A DNA stretch of 64,000 nt, from positions 64,001-128,000 of the IMG/VR virus record IMGVR_UViG_3300046779_000879. The stretch is one strand, 5' to 3'. The translations under genes were made by a program, and so were the position numbers. Source of the DNA: a virus. The notes under the pieces were generated by a model that was not told where the DNA came from, did no database searches, and saw only the letters and a program-made list of their open reading frames with translations. Positions 46,093 to 55,885 of this stretch are shown here, piece after piece; within the stretch, counting starts at the first letter, position 1; every line of letters starts with the position of its first letter.

Positions 46093-47256
46093 TTAGAATG
46101 GAACCTCATCTGAAGGACTTGGAGCAGGTGCTTCTACAACTGCTACAGGCTCAGGTTGAGGGTTTGCAACTTTATCGAACAAGTCAATGAATGCAGCTTT
46201 TGTTGCAGCATCGAAACGATTGCAACACAACTCGACTGCTTTCTGCTGATTCTTGAAAATCGCAAACGCACGAACAATGTGAATCATACGACGAGTCGTA
46301 ATTGTTTCATCCACACCACCATCCTCGAAAGTGCGACGAATTGCTTCAGCCCACTTCACGAGTGTCTCTGCAAACTCGGCATCTAGACAGCCATAAGTTT
46401 CCATGAGATTCTTAATAATCTTAACTTCGATCTTAGCATTAGGATATTCTTGTTCGAATGTAACAGCGAATCGCTCCAAGAATGCTTCGTTCAGTACGTT
46501 AGTACCGATGTAACGACCATCGTCTGACCCTTTACCCTTAGTGTTTGCTGTTGCAAAGATGTTGAATCCTTCAGCTGGAACAATCATCTCATTCTTGAGT
46601 TTGAAGTAGTATGGTTTACCCTCGAGAATCGGCTGCAAACAAAGTAATGTATTGGCTGAACCTGCATCGATCTCGTCAAGCAAGAGTGCAGTGCCATTGC
46701 GCATGGCGATAAGAACTGGACCCTCCACGATCTCCACGTTACCATCTTCCAAAGTCTTGGAGCCAATCAACTGCTCTTCGTCTGTCATCATGTTTAGGTT
46801 GACACGAATTAGTGGACGTTTGTGTTTGGAACAGATCTGCTCGACCATGGTTGACTTACCATTACCTGTTGGACCAGAGATGTATGCAGGATAAAAGATG
46901 CCAGACTTGATAATGTTTTCCAAATCGTTGTAATTACCGAATGGAACAAAGTTTGGATCTTTCTTTGGAACTAGGGCTGAGATATCAGAGTAGTCTACCT
47001 TAAACGATTCTTGTTTCACAGGTTGTGCCTTCAATGCAGTGTTTCCAATAACAGGGGTTGCACTACCATCAATAGCGTACAAGCCACGACCAACTTTATT
47101 CTTCATGAGCCACAGAGGATACTTCTCTGTCTTCATTGCTTTCATAACACTCAAAAGTTCTGGACGACTCACAGTGCCTTTAGTGGCAGTGTCAGGGTAC
47201 ATTTCTTTCATTTTCGATTCAAACGAATCACGGAACTGGTTATCAGTTTTTGCCAT
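46093..47256 (-). CDS. MoxR/CbbQ/CobS-like AAA+ ATPase
   Basis: GPTGNGKS, LLLDEID, ATANTKG, NEAFLERF. Confidence 0.92.
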   Translation of the reverse strand: MAKTDNQFRDSFESKMKEMYPDTATKGTVSRPELLSVMKAMKTEKYPLWLMKNKVGRGLYAIDGSATPVIGNTALKAQPVKQESFKVDYSDISALVPKKDPNFVPFGNYNDLENIIKSGIFYPAYISGPTGNGKSTMVEQICSKHKRPLIRVNLNMMTDEEQLIGSKTLEDGNVEIVEGPVLIAMRNGTALLLDEIDAGSANTLLCLQPILEGKPYYFKLKNEMIVPAEGFNIFATANTKGKGSDDGRYIGTNVLNEAFLERFAVTFEQEYPNAKIEVKIIKNLMETYGCLDAEFAETLVKWAEAIRRTFEDGGVDETITTRRMIHIVRAFAIFKNQQKAVELCCNRFDAATKAAFIDLFDKVANPQPEPVAVVEAPAPSPSDEVPF

Positions 47257-47303
47257 CACATTCTCCATAATAAAAACTACACTTTCACAATTTCACAGTG
47301 ACT

Positions 47304-47332
47304 ATTATACTGCAATTAGCAATAAAAGTCAA
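47304..47332 (-). promoter_or_regulatory. sigma70-type early promoter
   Basis: TTGACT-N17-TATAAT; box CCCTGTAGATACAAGGG at 47344-47360. Confidence 0.75.
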
Positions 47333-47362
47333 CACTTATTTTTCCCTGTAGATACAAGGGTC

Positions 47363-49549
47363 TTAGGCTACTAATGCAACGAATCGGTTAAGTAGGACTC
47401 GGGAAGTCTTCTTTACATTCAAATACTTACCGAAATTTTTTGCAATTGCTTTAGCATTAGCATTTGCATTCACATCAAATTCACCCTCTTGAATCTTGGT
47501 AGAAGATTGTGGAATCAAGAACAACTCATCACGACCAGTGTTTTTGATAGAAGCAAATCCATTTACTCGAAATTCTTTTTTCCAAGTTTCAACTAATGAA
47601 TACACATCACCATTGTAGTTAGGTAGATTTGAATTCAAGACACCACGTAAATCACGACCACGATTAGCACAAATATGAAATCCAACCATTGCAATATTAT
47701 AACGATCTTTCATCATTCGAAGAATCATTTCAGTCTGCTCACCTGCTCTGCGACTAATCTCATAGGTTTTCTTAGTAACTTCATCTTTGATAAAGTTCTT
47801 AATCTTAATTCGTTTGTAGATATTATTAACAACTTCAGTACGAGTGTCCTCCAATCTACCACGAGAGTACGAATTTAATTGACCACCTTCACCATCAGTA
47901 AGAGTGATAAAAGTAGTTTTCTCGACGTTGTTGTTCTTGATAAATGCACCCAATGTATTATAGCAATATACCAATGCTTCATTTAAGGGAGTGCCACCAG
48001 TATTATATCCATCATTCCATTGAAAACGATAATCAAGAATACGACGTGACATTGAATTGAATTCGCTGGTAGTCATTTTGTTACTGAATAATTCTAATAG
48101 ATGAAATCTGTCTGCACAGTCAATCAAGTCATTTTCTTCTCGCCTTGCAGATCTCCAAGCATGATACGCTTCACGTTCTTCTTGAGATTTAGCTAACTTG
48201 TCGTCATAGTCAGTGGTGAATGCATACACACGATATGGAATCTGAACACGATTGCAGAACATAGCCAAGTTAATAACTTGCTTCATTGTATCTTTCAATA
48301 CATCATTCATTGAACCAGAATAGTCAACAAGAAGAACCATACCATGATTTTTACCTTGCGGTAAAGAAGTCACACGTTTAAACAAATCATCTTGCAGTTT
48401 ATATGCATAAACTTTCTTCATGTCCAACGAACCAATCTTTGATACTGTTGCACGCTTATGCATCTGTGCAGACTTCTTCATCTCGAATTCTTTCACGAGA
48501 TAATTTACAGTACGAATAGATTCTGTTTTAAATTTAATGAAATCAGCTAACTCGGCAGTTTTAAAATTAGCCTTGTCTTCTTCAGACATGTAGCGAGTGC
48601 GATAATCAGTCAATTCAGGATTGTCATCATCCCACTGTTCAGGTGCTTTAGTTTCGTTGAGAACTTGTTTGTAACCAATAACTGGATCTCTGAAATAGTC
48701 TGTATCAAATTTCCAATATTTGTATTCGGTAGAATCATCAGCAAGGTCTTCCAATTTGTTTTGGAATGCTCTTTCTGTTTTTGATTCTAAGTCATCACCC
48801 TCTTCTGACTTTTCGTCATTTTGAAAAGCAGATTGTTTGTTTCGTTTAGCTGGTTTCAGATCTTCGACATCACCATCTTGTTCTTCAAAGTCATCATCAT
48901 TATCGATGTCAAAGTCACCATAAATTGGATCTTCGTTTTCATCTTCGCCATCATCATCTTCCAGTTCTTGGAAGTTGGCATTTTGTTTACGCTCTTCGGC
49001 TACTTGTTTAGAATATGCATAGATATCGTTTGCCAATGCAATAATGTCATCGACAGTCTCAGTGCGTTCAGCACGATTCACAAATACCTTTTCATCAGGT
49101 GTGAATGTTACACCACACTGGAAACCAGCTTTAAAGTAAAGATTGATTTTGTCAATAAGTAACAAGTCATCGAAAGACTGGACTTGTTTCGTGCCAAAGA
49201 AGTCACGATCATTGAGTTGCTTATATCCTTCGTTCATGCGTTTACGCAATCCTGGATATTTGCGTTTGATAAGTTTCTCGATACGAACATCTTCTAGGAC
49301 ATTCATGTATGAGTGTAACTTAGGGGTATTCTTTAGGGGTTCAAGATATTCATTGTTGGTGTAAAGGGCATGACCCACTTCGTGACCAATTAACATATCT
49401 TCAATTTCGGGAGTCATATCTTTCCACATCGGCAAAGTCAACACACGTGACTTGATGTCGAAAGATGCAGTGCGAGTTCTTGCTCTAATAACTGAAAGAT
49501 TTTCAGTGGCAAGAAGACGTGCGGAGAGGTCTGTTGCTTTCATTTCCAT
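47363..49549 (-). CDS. metallopeptidase-VWA protein (CobT-like partner)
   Basis: HEVGH, NVLEDVRIE, acidic linker, DYSGSM MIDAS, GGTPL, LTDGE. Confidence 0.88.
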   Translation of the reverse strand: MEMKATDLSARLLATENLSVIRARTRTASFDIKSRVLTLPMWKDMTPEIEDMLIGHEVGHALYTNNEYLEPLKNTPKLHSYMNVLEDVRIEKLIKRKYPGLRKRMNEGYKQLNDRDFFGTKQVQSFDDLLLIDKINLYFKAGFQCGVTFTPDEKVFVNRAERTETVDDIIALANDIYAYSKQVAEERKQNANFQELEDDDGEDENEDPIYGDFDIDNDDDFEEQDGDVEDLKPAKRNKQSAFQNDEKSEEGDDLESKTERAFQNKLEDLADDSTEYKYWKFDTDYFRDPVIGYKQVLNETKAPEQWDDDNPELTDYRTRYMSEEDKANFKTAELADFIKFKTESIRTVNYLVKEFEMKKSAQMHKRATVSKIGSLDMKKVYAYKLQDDLFKRVTSLPQGKNHGMVLLVDYSGSMNDVLKDTMKQVINLAMFCNRVQIPYRVYAFTTDYDDKLAKSQEEREAYHAWRSARREENDLIDCADRFHLLELFSNKMTTSEFNSMSRRILDYRFQWNDGYNTGGTPLNEALVYCYNTLGAFIKNNNVEKTTFITLTDGEGGQLNSYSRGRLEDTRTEVVNNIYKRIKIKNFIKDEVTKKTYEISRRAGEQTEMILRMMKDRYNIAMVGFHICANRGRDLRGVLNSNLPNYNGDVYSLVETWKKEFRVNGFASIKNTGRDELFLIPQSSTKIQEGEFDVNANANAKAIAKNFGKYLNVKKTSRVLLNRFVALVA

Positions 49550-49556
49550 AATATAT

Positions 49557-49721
49557 TTATTCCCCAAATGCAAATTCATGTTCAATAAGAGTCAACTCAT
49601 CTTCAATCTCTTTACGATTGATAAGACTCAAGTCACCTGCAAAAAGTAAGCTGTCTTCAATGCCATACTTTCCAGCCAGTTCTGCAATTTCAAAATCACT
49701 AAAGTCTTTCCACATATTCAT
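49557..49721 (-). CDS. 54-aa acidic early protein (not in the ORF track)
   Basis: MNMWKDFSDFEIAELAGKYGIED...; AGGAG RBS just after the promoter. Confidence 0.65.
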   Translation of the reverse strand: MNMWKDFSDFEIAELAGKYGIEDSLLFAGDLSLINRKEIEDELTLIEHEFAFGE

Positions 49722-49740
49722 CTCCTATCCAATAGAGTGA

Positions 49741-49769
49741 ATTATGCATCAAAACTGAATAAAAGACAA
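49741..49769 (-). promoter_or_regulatory. sigma70-type early promoter
   Basis: TTGTCT-N17-CATAAT; box CCCTACAGAACTGAGGG at 49809-49825. Confidence 0.7.
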
Positions 49770-49790
49770 CTGTTTTATTTTTCCCTGTAA

Positions 49791-49803
49791 AATCAACAAC
49801 TTA
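49791..49803 (+). promoter_or_regulatory. IHF consensus site
   Basis: AATCAACAACTTA matches WATCAANNNNTTR. Confidence 0.5.
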
Positions 49804-49827
49804 CAAAGCCCTACAGAACTGAGGGGA

Positions 49828-51546
49828 TTACGAGACTGCAATAACGCTGAAGTCGTTTCGTTTTTCAAACTTAATGACAGATCTGAATTTATCAAACAGC
49901 TGATCACCTTTGTGAGAGATGACAAAGATGTTTGTGTTCTCGCCAAAATGATTCATCAGATTTAAGAAGTAATCTGTTCCTGCAGTATCAAGAGAAGAAT
50001 CAAAAATCTCATCGAGTAGTAAAAGATTAGTATTGACGGAGTTTTTCATTTTAGCAATTTGTCGCCACGTGAATAGAATCGATAAGTCAATACGCATCTT
50101 CTCACCTTCAGAGAAACTTGCATAAGTAAAATCATCACGATGTCTTGACTTAACAATCTCGTTAAATGCTTCATCCAACTCAAAGTGAATATATGCATCC
50201 ATTGCTTGGAGATACTTGTTAATTAACTTATTCATGGCAGGTAAATACTCACGAATGATGGCAGTCTTAATACCAGTATCTTTTAATAGAATGCTCGCCA
50301 CTTCTTCAAGATTACGTTGTTCTTGTAAAGTTGTTTTGGTTGCTATCTTTTCCATAGCTGATTTAGCCAACTCTTTTAGCTTACGCTTTTCTTCATCGAT
50401 ATTTGTCGTATCAGTTTTCGTGCTTTCAACTTCAGCCTGCATTTCTTTAACTTGTTTATTGAGCAAGGTGACTGTTGAGTTTTTTGTAGATAGTTCAATA
50501 TTCTTATCGGTAATCTTCGATTGTATTTCAGTAATCGCAGATAACTTTTTGTTAAGGTTGGAGAGGATAGTTTCGAGTTCACCAACTTTTGTGTTTTGTT
50601 CCAACAACTTTGAATTAAGGTCTTCGACAATCTTTGACTTGTGTTCCTCTGGGATATTCTGGTCACATGATGGACAAACATCGTGCTCGTTAAAGAACTC
50701 TGTGTGACTCTCACAAGTTTCGATTTTCTGGAGTAACTTGGACTTGATTGACTTTGCTTTTTCGATGTCTTCATTAACAACTTCTTTATCATTGATGCTT
50801 GTTTTAAGAGTATCGATCTCCGAAAGAATAAGTTGGATCTCGCCCTCTGCCTGTAAAATTTCAGCATTGTTAGCAGAAATCTTGGATAGGATGTTGTTGA
50901 TACTCTCAGTTTTGGCTTCCGTGATGGCTTTAATAAGTTGTGTCTGGGAATCGACTTGAGTTTTTGCTGTGGCAATTTCCGCTTCAGCTTTAGCGATTTC
51001 ATCTTTTGTCTCATTAATCTTTTCTTTCAACAGAGTATTCATTGTAGAGAAAATACGAATATCAAGAATGTCTTCAATAACCTCACGTCTTTGTAGAGAG
51101 GACAACTGCATGAATGGGACAAACGATGCTGAACCAAGAATAACAACTTGTGTGAATGTCTTGTAGTTTAACTTTAAGATTTGTTGCTCAAGAACTTTTT
51201 GATAATCTCGAGATGCTGCATCTTGATTGATCATCTCACCATTGAGATAGATCTCGAAAATGTTTGGTTTGATACCACGAATGATTTTGTATTCACGACC
51301 AGAAATAGAGAACTCGATAGTAACCAAACATTTTTTACCATTGATACTATTGATAAGTTGGTTCTTGTTAATGTTACGAAATGGTTTGCCAAATAGCGAA
51401 AAACACAATGCGTCTAAGATTGTGCTTTTACCTTCACCATTCTTACCAATAATAAGAGTTGTGGGTGATTTGTTTAATAGAACTTTATTCGGTGAATTAC
51501 CAGTTGATAGGAAATTCTGCCAAGCGATTGAGCGGAAGGTTATCAT
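49828..51546 (-). CDS. 46: recombination endonuclease subunit gp46 (Rad50/SbcC-like)
   Basis: GKNGEGKST, CPSC hook, FSEGE, LLDEIFD, ISH. Confidence 0.96.
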   Translation of the reverse strand: MITFRSIAWQNFLSTGNSPNKVLLNKSPTTLIIGKNGEGKSTILDALCFSLFGKPFRNINKNQLINSINGKKCLVTIEFSISGREYKIIRGIKPNIFEIYLNGEMINQDAASRDYQKVLEQQILKLNYKTFTQVVILGSASFVPFMQLSSLQRREVIEDILDIRIFSTMNTLLKEKINETKDEIAKAEAEIATAKTQVDSQTQLIKAITEAKTESINNILSKISANNAEILQAEGEIQLILSEIDTLKTSINDKEVVNEDIEKAKSIKSKLLQKIETCESHTEFFNEHDVCPSCDQNIPEEHKSKIVEDLNSKLLEQNTKVGELETILSNLNKKLSAITEIQSKITDKNIELSTKNSTVTLLNKQVKEMQAEVESTKTDTTNIDEEKRKLKELAKSAMEKIATKTTLQEQRNLEEVASILLKDTGIKTAIIREYLPAMNKLINKYLQAMDAYIHFELDEAFNEIVKSRHRDDFTYASFSEGEKMRIDLSILFTWRQIAKMKNSVNTNLLLLDEIFDSSLDTAGTDYFLNLMNHFGENTNIFVISHKGDQLFDKFRSVIKFEKRNDFSVIAVS

Positions 51547-52131
51547 TCACTTACCTTTACTAATGTTTTCTTTCCACGGTAACATCTGAAGATTTTCTTT
51601 AACAGCAATTTCTTCTGGTGGAATGTTATTATCAAATCCATATCGAATAGAGACAATATGATCTAAGTGGTAGATTCCAGCTTGACCAGCTAACCCTCTT
51701 GGATAATTGTTTGGGTTAATCTCTGTGTGATGCTCTTCGTATATTTTTCTAGTTAAAACATGCACTCTATTTGAGTATCTACGATATTCTGGAGTGCTTT
51801 CCTTTTTCAAGGTATTTCTATATTCTTCAGTTTGCATATAAGATTTATCAATGTTCTTACTACCGCAACTCTGAGAACAATATCTTTTAGTGTCAGATGG
51901 AGTGACCATAAAAGATGCTCCACAATACAAGCAACTTCGTTCTTCTTGTTTAACCTGCCATGGTCTTTCTTTCCCTTTCTTGCTGCCTTTTGGAACAGTG
52001 ACCCCAAGTTTGGATCTCCATCGTTGGGCAGTAGCAGTTCCTATACCAAGAACTTTAGATATTTCTACTAAAGTCTTAGATGGATTAGTTAAAATCAAAA
52101 GTTGTTCTTCTGTTAGTTTATGGAATTTCAT
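51547..52131 (-). mobile_element. free-standing HNH homing endonuclease
   Basis: N-terminal HTH, CxxC..CxxxC Zn finger, YHLDHIVS..NLQMLPWKENISK. Confidence 0.8.
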
Positions 52132-52136
52132 AAATC

Positions 52137-52156
52137 CTCCTAATTTTATTTAGGAG
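52137..52156 (-). promoter_or_regulatory. late promoter within an RBS-sequestering hairpin
   Basis: CTCCTAA-ATAAAA-TTAGGAG contains TAAATA and most of the AGGAGG SD. Confidence 0.7.
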
Positions 52157-52193
52157 TTTTCATTTTTCTATTGTGGGTTATTAAATACAATCA

Positions 52194-52706
52194 TTAAATA
52201 AACCCAGCTTCAGTTTGTGGAGGTGCTGGTGGCTCGGCATCAGAGTAGCGATATACATACTCTGGTTCTTTCGGTACAGTGTATGGGAAAGTCACTGGTA
52301 CTCGTGATTCTCTACAGGTATAGTATGATTTGAATGGTTCACCTGTATCATAGGACTTAGCCCACTCCCAAAACACTTTACCATCGATGTCGTAGCATTC
52401 ACCAGTGGCTTTATCCTTGAATACATGGGATGCTCGCTTGTTCTGATAAACATCATGCCCAGTATCGCTCCACTCCCAGTCTTCACCAGTTAATGGAGCG
52501 ATCGGTTCAAACTTCGCTAGTCTTGAGAATAGATTAATAGCATATGGTGCAGAAGAGCCAGAGTGCCCCTCACCTTCAAAAACTTCCAACAATTTCAGAA
52601 CATGTTCACAAATCATCCCCTGCATCTCATCAGTGAATTCTCCGTTTTCGTTTACCCAACCTGCTGCTCGGAATTCTTCACGAGCGTGTTTTTCATAATT
52701 ATTCAT
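52194..52706 (-). CDS. conserved phage hypothetical protein
   Basis: GHSGSSA..PLTGEDWEW..QNKR. Confidence 0.7.
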   Translation of the reverse strand: MNNYEKHAREEFRAAGWVNENGEFTDEMQGMICEHVLKLLEVFEGEGHSGSSAPYAINLFSRLAKFEPIAPLTGEDWEWSDTGHDVYQNKRASHVFKDKATGECYDIDGKVFWEWAKSYDTGEPFKSYYTCRESRVPVTFPYTVPKEPEYVYRYSDAEPPAPPQTEAGFI

Positions 52707-52993
52707 TTAGCCTTCCATTTCACTCCCATAATCTTATAGAGATATCTTCTAAAGATATTGGGTTTAGTTTTAGAAACCACTGTTAGTGGAGTCTGGTCGA
52801 TATCAATTTGAAACGATGGTTCAATATTACTGACAGTCGCCAATGTAGTTCCAGTTCCACCAGCAATCAATACAGAACCAGCAATCATATCTGCTCGTTT
52901 CTTTGCCTCATAGTCATAACTTGGTCGAAAGTCCAAGTCAAGAAGGATCTGTTCCGTCAGTGGAAAGAAATACTGGATTTGAATTTGCTGCAT
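52703..52993 (-). CDS. hypothetical protein
   Basis: Coupled ORF after gene 47. Confidence 0.6.
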   Translation of the reverse strand: MQQIQIQYFFPLTEQILLDLDFRPSYDYEAKKRADMIAGSVLIAGGTGTTLATVSNIEPSFQIDIDQTPLTVVSKTKPNIFRRYLYKIMGVKWKAK

Positions 52994-54046
52994 TTATACC
53001 TCGACATTAACAGCTTCAGTGTATAATGTTCTCATGAATGTTTTAATCTGTTCTTTGTCAACGTCTGTTTCAATAGAGTCAACATAGTTAGATAAAACAG
53101 ATACGGTATCTTCAAGATTAATTTCTTCATCGATTTGACCTTCTTCAAATTCAGAAAAGTCTTCAATAATCTTAATCTCGTAGCATCCTTTATTATACAA
53201 CTTTTGAATGAACTTGTCAAATTTATAATAGTCAGTCTTATTAACTACAACTAACTTTACATACTTACTAGTTAAATCAATTAGATCGAGGTCGATGGGA
53301 TCGGATTCTTTGTCGTCGTATTCGACTCTTTCAAACATAGTATTTGGATTTGATATGAACTCGAGTTCTCTTCGCTCGAGATCAAACAAGTGGAATCCTC
53401 TAGTGTCTTTGTAATCCTGCCAAGTAAGTTCATAGGGATTGCCGAGATAGTAAATATGACCATCATCTGAACGATGATGATAATGACCAGAAAAAACCAT
53501 ATCAAACTTGTCAAATATTTCTTTAGAAAGACCCTCATGGGATTCCATTCCTCTGTGCATTGCAAAACCTGCGATCTCAAAGTGACCCATACAGATTTCT
53601 GCTTTAGTGTTTTTCATTTCATCAAGAGATTCTTGATAGTTTTCAGGACAAATCCAAGGCATCATACAAATGCTAGTTCCATCAATGACAATTGTTTCTG
53701 GAGAATCAATAACGTCAATGTTATTATACTCACGCAACAATAAGTCTGGAGAGTTTACATCGTTAGTGTTCTTGTAGTATGTGTCGTGATTACCTGCAAG
53801 CATATGAACACGAATACCACGTTCTTCTAATTTGTCAAAGAACATTTTTTTGGCACGATCCAATGCATAGAAGTTTACATATTTACGTCTATCAAAAGTG
53901 TCACCAAGAATAAGAACAGTATTAATACCAGCTGCATCAAGACTAGGAAAGAAAGTATCGTCATAAAATTTTTGAAAGAAATCTAAGAAAGCGATACTAT
54001 CATTTCTAGCACCGAAGTGCTGGTCTGTAATAATTGCTACCTTCAA
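52994..54046 (-). CDS. 47: recombination endonuclease subunit gp47 (Mre11/SbcD-like)
   Basis: TDQHFG, LGDTFD, GNHD, SGHYH; TTG start. Confidence 0.96.
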   Translation of the reverse strand: MKVAIITDQHFGARNDSIAFLDFFQKFYDDTFFPSLDAAGINTVLILGDTFDRRKYVNFYALDRAKKMFFDKLEERGIRVHMLAGNHDTYYKNTNDVNSPDLLLREYNNIDVIDSPETIVIDGTSICMMPWICPENYQESLDEMKNTKAEICMGHFEIAGFAMHRGMESHEGLSKEIFDKFDMVFSGHYHHRSDDGHIYYLGNPYELTWQDYKDTRGFHLFDLERRELEFISNPNTMFERVEYDDKESDPIDLDLIDLTSKYVKLVVVNKTDYYKFDKFIQKLYNKGCYEIKIIEDFSEFEEGQIDEEINLEDTVSVLSNYVDSIETDVDKEQIKTFMRTLYTEAVNVEV

Positions 54047-55221
54047 ATGAACCCTACCTTTCTATTCACAGAGGAAACACCAGCGTGTGTTTGTTTATTA
54101 AAGATCTCAGCCAAGCTGTAATCTTTTTTGTCTTTGTCAACTTCAACACCAAGTTTTGCAGCAAGTTTATTTGCATCAGCGTAAGATAATGTATCAAAAG
54201 TTAAGATGTCAAAGCAACGACCTGGACGAACCAACGCAGAATCAATATCACGAATGCTTGGAAGGTTAGTAGAGAAAATCATCTTCTTACCTTTGGTCGT
54301 AACAAGACCATCACCCACATTCAAGAAACGATGCATCATTGTGTTACCATCGCTACGTGACTTTAAGAATGCATCACTGTCTTCAAGAACCATAATCTCT
54401 GCATCATCCTCGATGAACTTTGCGAAGAAACCATCTTTCTCAAGAATACCAGCATCGTATGTTACGATTGCAGAGCAGTTACGATGAGCCAATAGACCAC
54501 GAATGAATGTAGTCTTACCAGTTCCTGGAGGTCCAATTAATAGGAGAATGTTGGCGGAAGATTCCATGTAACGATCGTAGTAATCATTAAGAGATTCACC
54601 ATTAAGGAATGGATACATTTCTTCAACAGGAAGACGATCTCGATTGAGTGGTACGTTCACAGAATTCCCATCGCTGGAATAGATCCATTCGATATAAGAT
54701 GTGACAACATCAAAAGACGCTTCAACCATCTCAATCATATCTTCAGCGTATTTTACATCACCATATGCACGAACAGTGGTCGTGTTTGAATTTACATCAA
54801 ACTTAACAAAGTTGTTTGTTTCCTCTTCGATAATCATACCAGAAGAAGAATTATTTTGAATGTAGAGTTGTTCGCTGAAGATATCTTCTGCCCACTTCTT
54901 CCAGCGTTCACGATTGCAAAGAACTGTAGTCTCACGCTGAACTGTAGGGTTGCCAGTATCTGCACGACGCTTCATAATTTCTGCAGTGATTAGATCCTCA
55001 ACATCTGATACACCCAAGAAAATTTTGTTATCATTATTATTCATAATCTCTTTCAAATTAAACTGATTGTCAAACGCATCCCATGGAAACTTACGAAGAA
55101 GTCTTTTAGTATTAGATTTATTTGCTCTTTTAAATCTATTTCTTGTTCTTGCTAATGCTGGTGTAAAGTTTGGAGTGCTTGAACTTAGTTCACGAATCAA
55201 GTCTCTTATCGAGTTGCTCAT
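54043..55221 (-). CDS. AAA+ ATPase
   Basis: GPPGTGKT, VLEDSD, FSTN, LVRPGRCFD. Confidence 0.85.
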   Translation of the reverse strand: MSNSIRDLIRELSSSTPNFTPALARTRNRFKRANKSNTKRLLRKFPWDAFDNQFNLKEIMNNNDNKIFLGVSDVEDLITAEIMKRRADTGNPTVQRETTVLCNRERWKKWAEDIFSEQLYIQNNSSSGMIIEEETNNFVKFDVNSNTTTVRAYGDVKYAEDMIEMVEASFDVVTSYIEWIYSSDGNSVNVPLNRDRLPVEEMYPFLNGESLNDYYDRYMESSANILLLIGPPGTGKTTFIRGLLAHRNCSAIVTYDAGILEKDGFFAKFIEDDAEIMVLEDSDAFLKSRSDGNTMMHRFLNVGDGLVTTKGKKMIFSTNLPSIRDIDSALVRPGRCFDILTFDTLSYADANKLAAKLGVEVDKDKKDYSLAEIFNKQTHAGVSSVNRKVGFI

Positions 55222-55753
55222 CAATATCACCTTCTATAAAATCATCTAAATTGGTCAACTTCTTTTTCTTCTTATCTTTTTTACGATCCATGAACGTATC
55301 ATCGAACGTATGATTTTGTTGCATGAAATCTAGATAAGCATTTTTATATTCACCAGTATCATCTTGTTCTTGTAACTCAAACATCTCAAACGGCATGTCT
55401 TGTATCAACTTACCTTTAATATAACTTTGTTTCTTTTCCTTGGCGATCCTGCGTAAGAATGCATAGTAGATAATCTGTGTGAAGTAAGCGAAAGGATTAC
55501 TAGACTTATCTGGATTAAAGTTATCAATATACTGAATGCAATTTTCTACACCATCAAGAATCATATCATCTCGATAAGAGTAGTTTATAAAATTGGGTTT
55601 GTATGACAGGTGGGTTGCGATTTTAAGAATGCATTCACCGATGTAGTTGCTAACGATTGGTTTTGGTAAACCTTTTTCTTCAGCTTCTTTGGTCTTTTCT
55701 TTCCACTCGATAATTGCAGCTAGAAAATCTTTGTTGTTTACATAATGTGCCAT
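55190..55753 (-). CDS. 55: late sigma factor gp55
   Basis: HYVNNKDF, NFINYSYRDDMI, NPFAYFTQI. Confidence 0.96.
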   Translation of the reverse strand: MAHYVNNKDFLAAIIEWKEKTKEAEEKGLPKPIVSNYIGECILKIATHLSYKPNFINYSYRDDMILDGVENCIQYIDNFNPDKSSNPFAYFTQIIYYAFLRRIAKEKKQSYIKGKLIQDMPFEMFELQEQDDTGEYKNAYLDFMQQNHTFDDTFMDRKKDKKKKKLTNLDDFIEGDIDEQLDKRLDS

Positions 55754-55791
55754 ACCATGGGGGTTCTTTCTTATAGTTCAAGTTATTCATA

Positions 55792-55820
55792 AGTATACAT
55801 CAACTTCATACATAAGACAA
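55792..55820 (-). promoter_or_regulatory. sigma70-type promoter of gene 55
   Basis: TTGTCT-N17-TATACT. Confidence 0.65.
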
Positions 55821-55856
55821 GTTTTATATATTTGCAATATTGCTACTAAAATATAT

Positions 55857-55885
55857 TTGCTTTTTTATTTGTCTTGAGACATAAT
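55857..55885 (+). promoter_or_regulatory. orphan plus-strand (antisense) promoter
   Basis: TTGCTT-N17-CATAAT, same pattern as the phage early promoters. Confidence 0.5.

Noticed and set aside
46093-49549. Cobalamin biosynthesis (CobS/CobT) as an auxiliary metabolic pathway
   Set aside because: This AAA-VWA pair is common in T4-like phages, and no cobN or other cob genes are present
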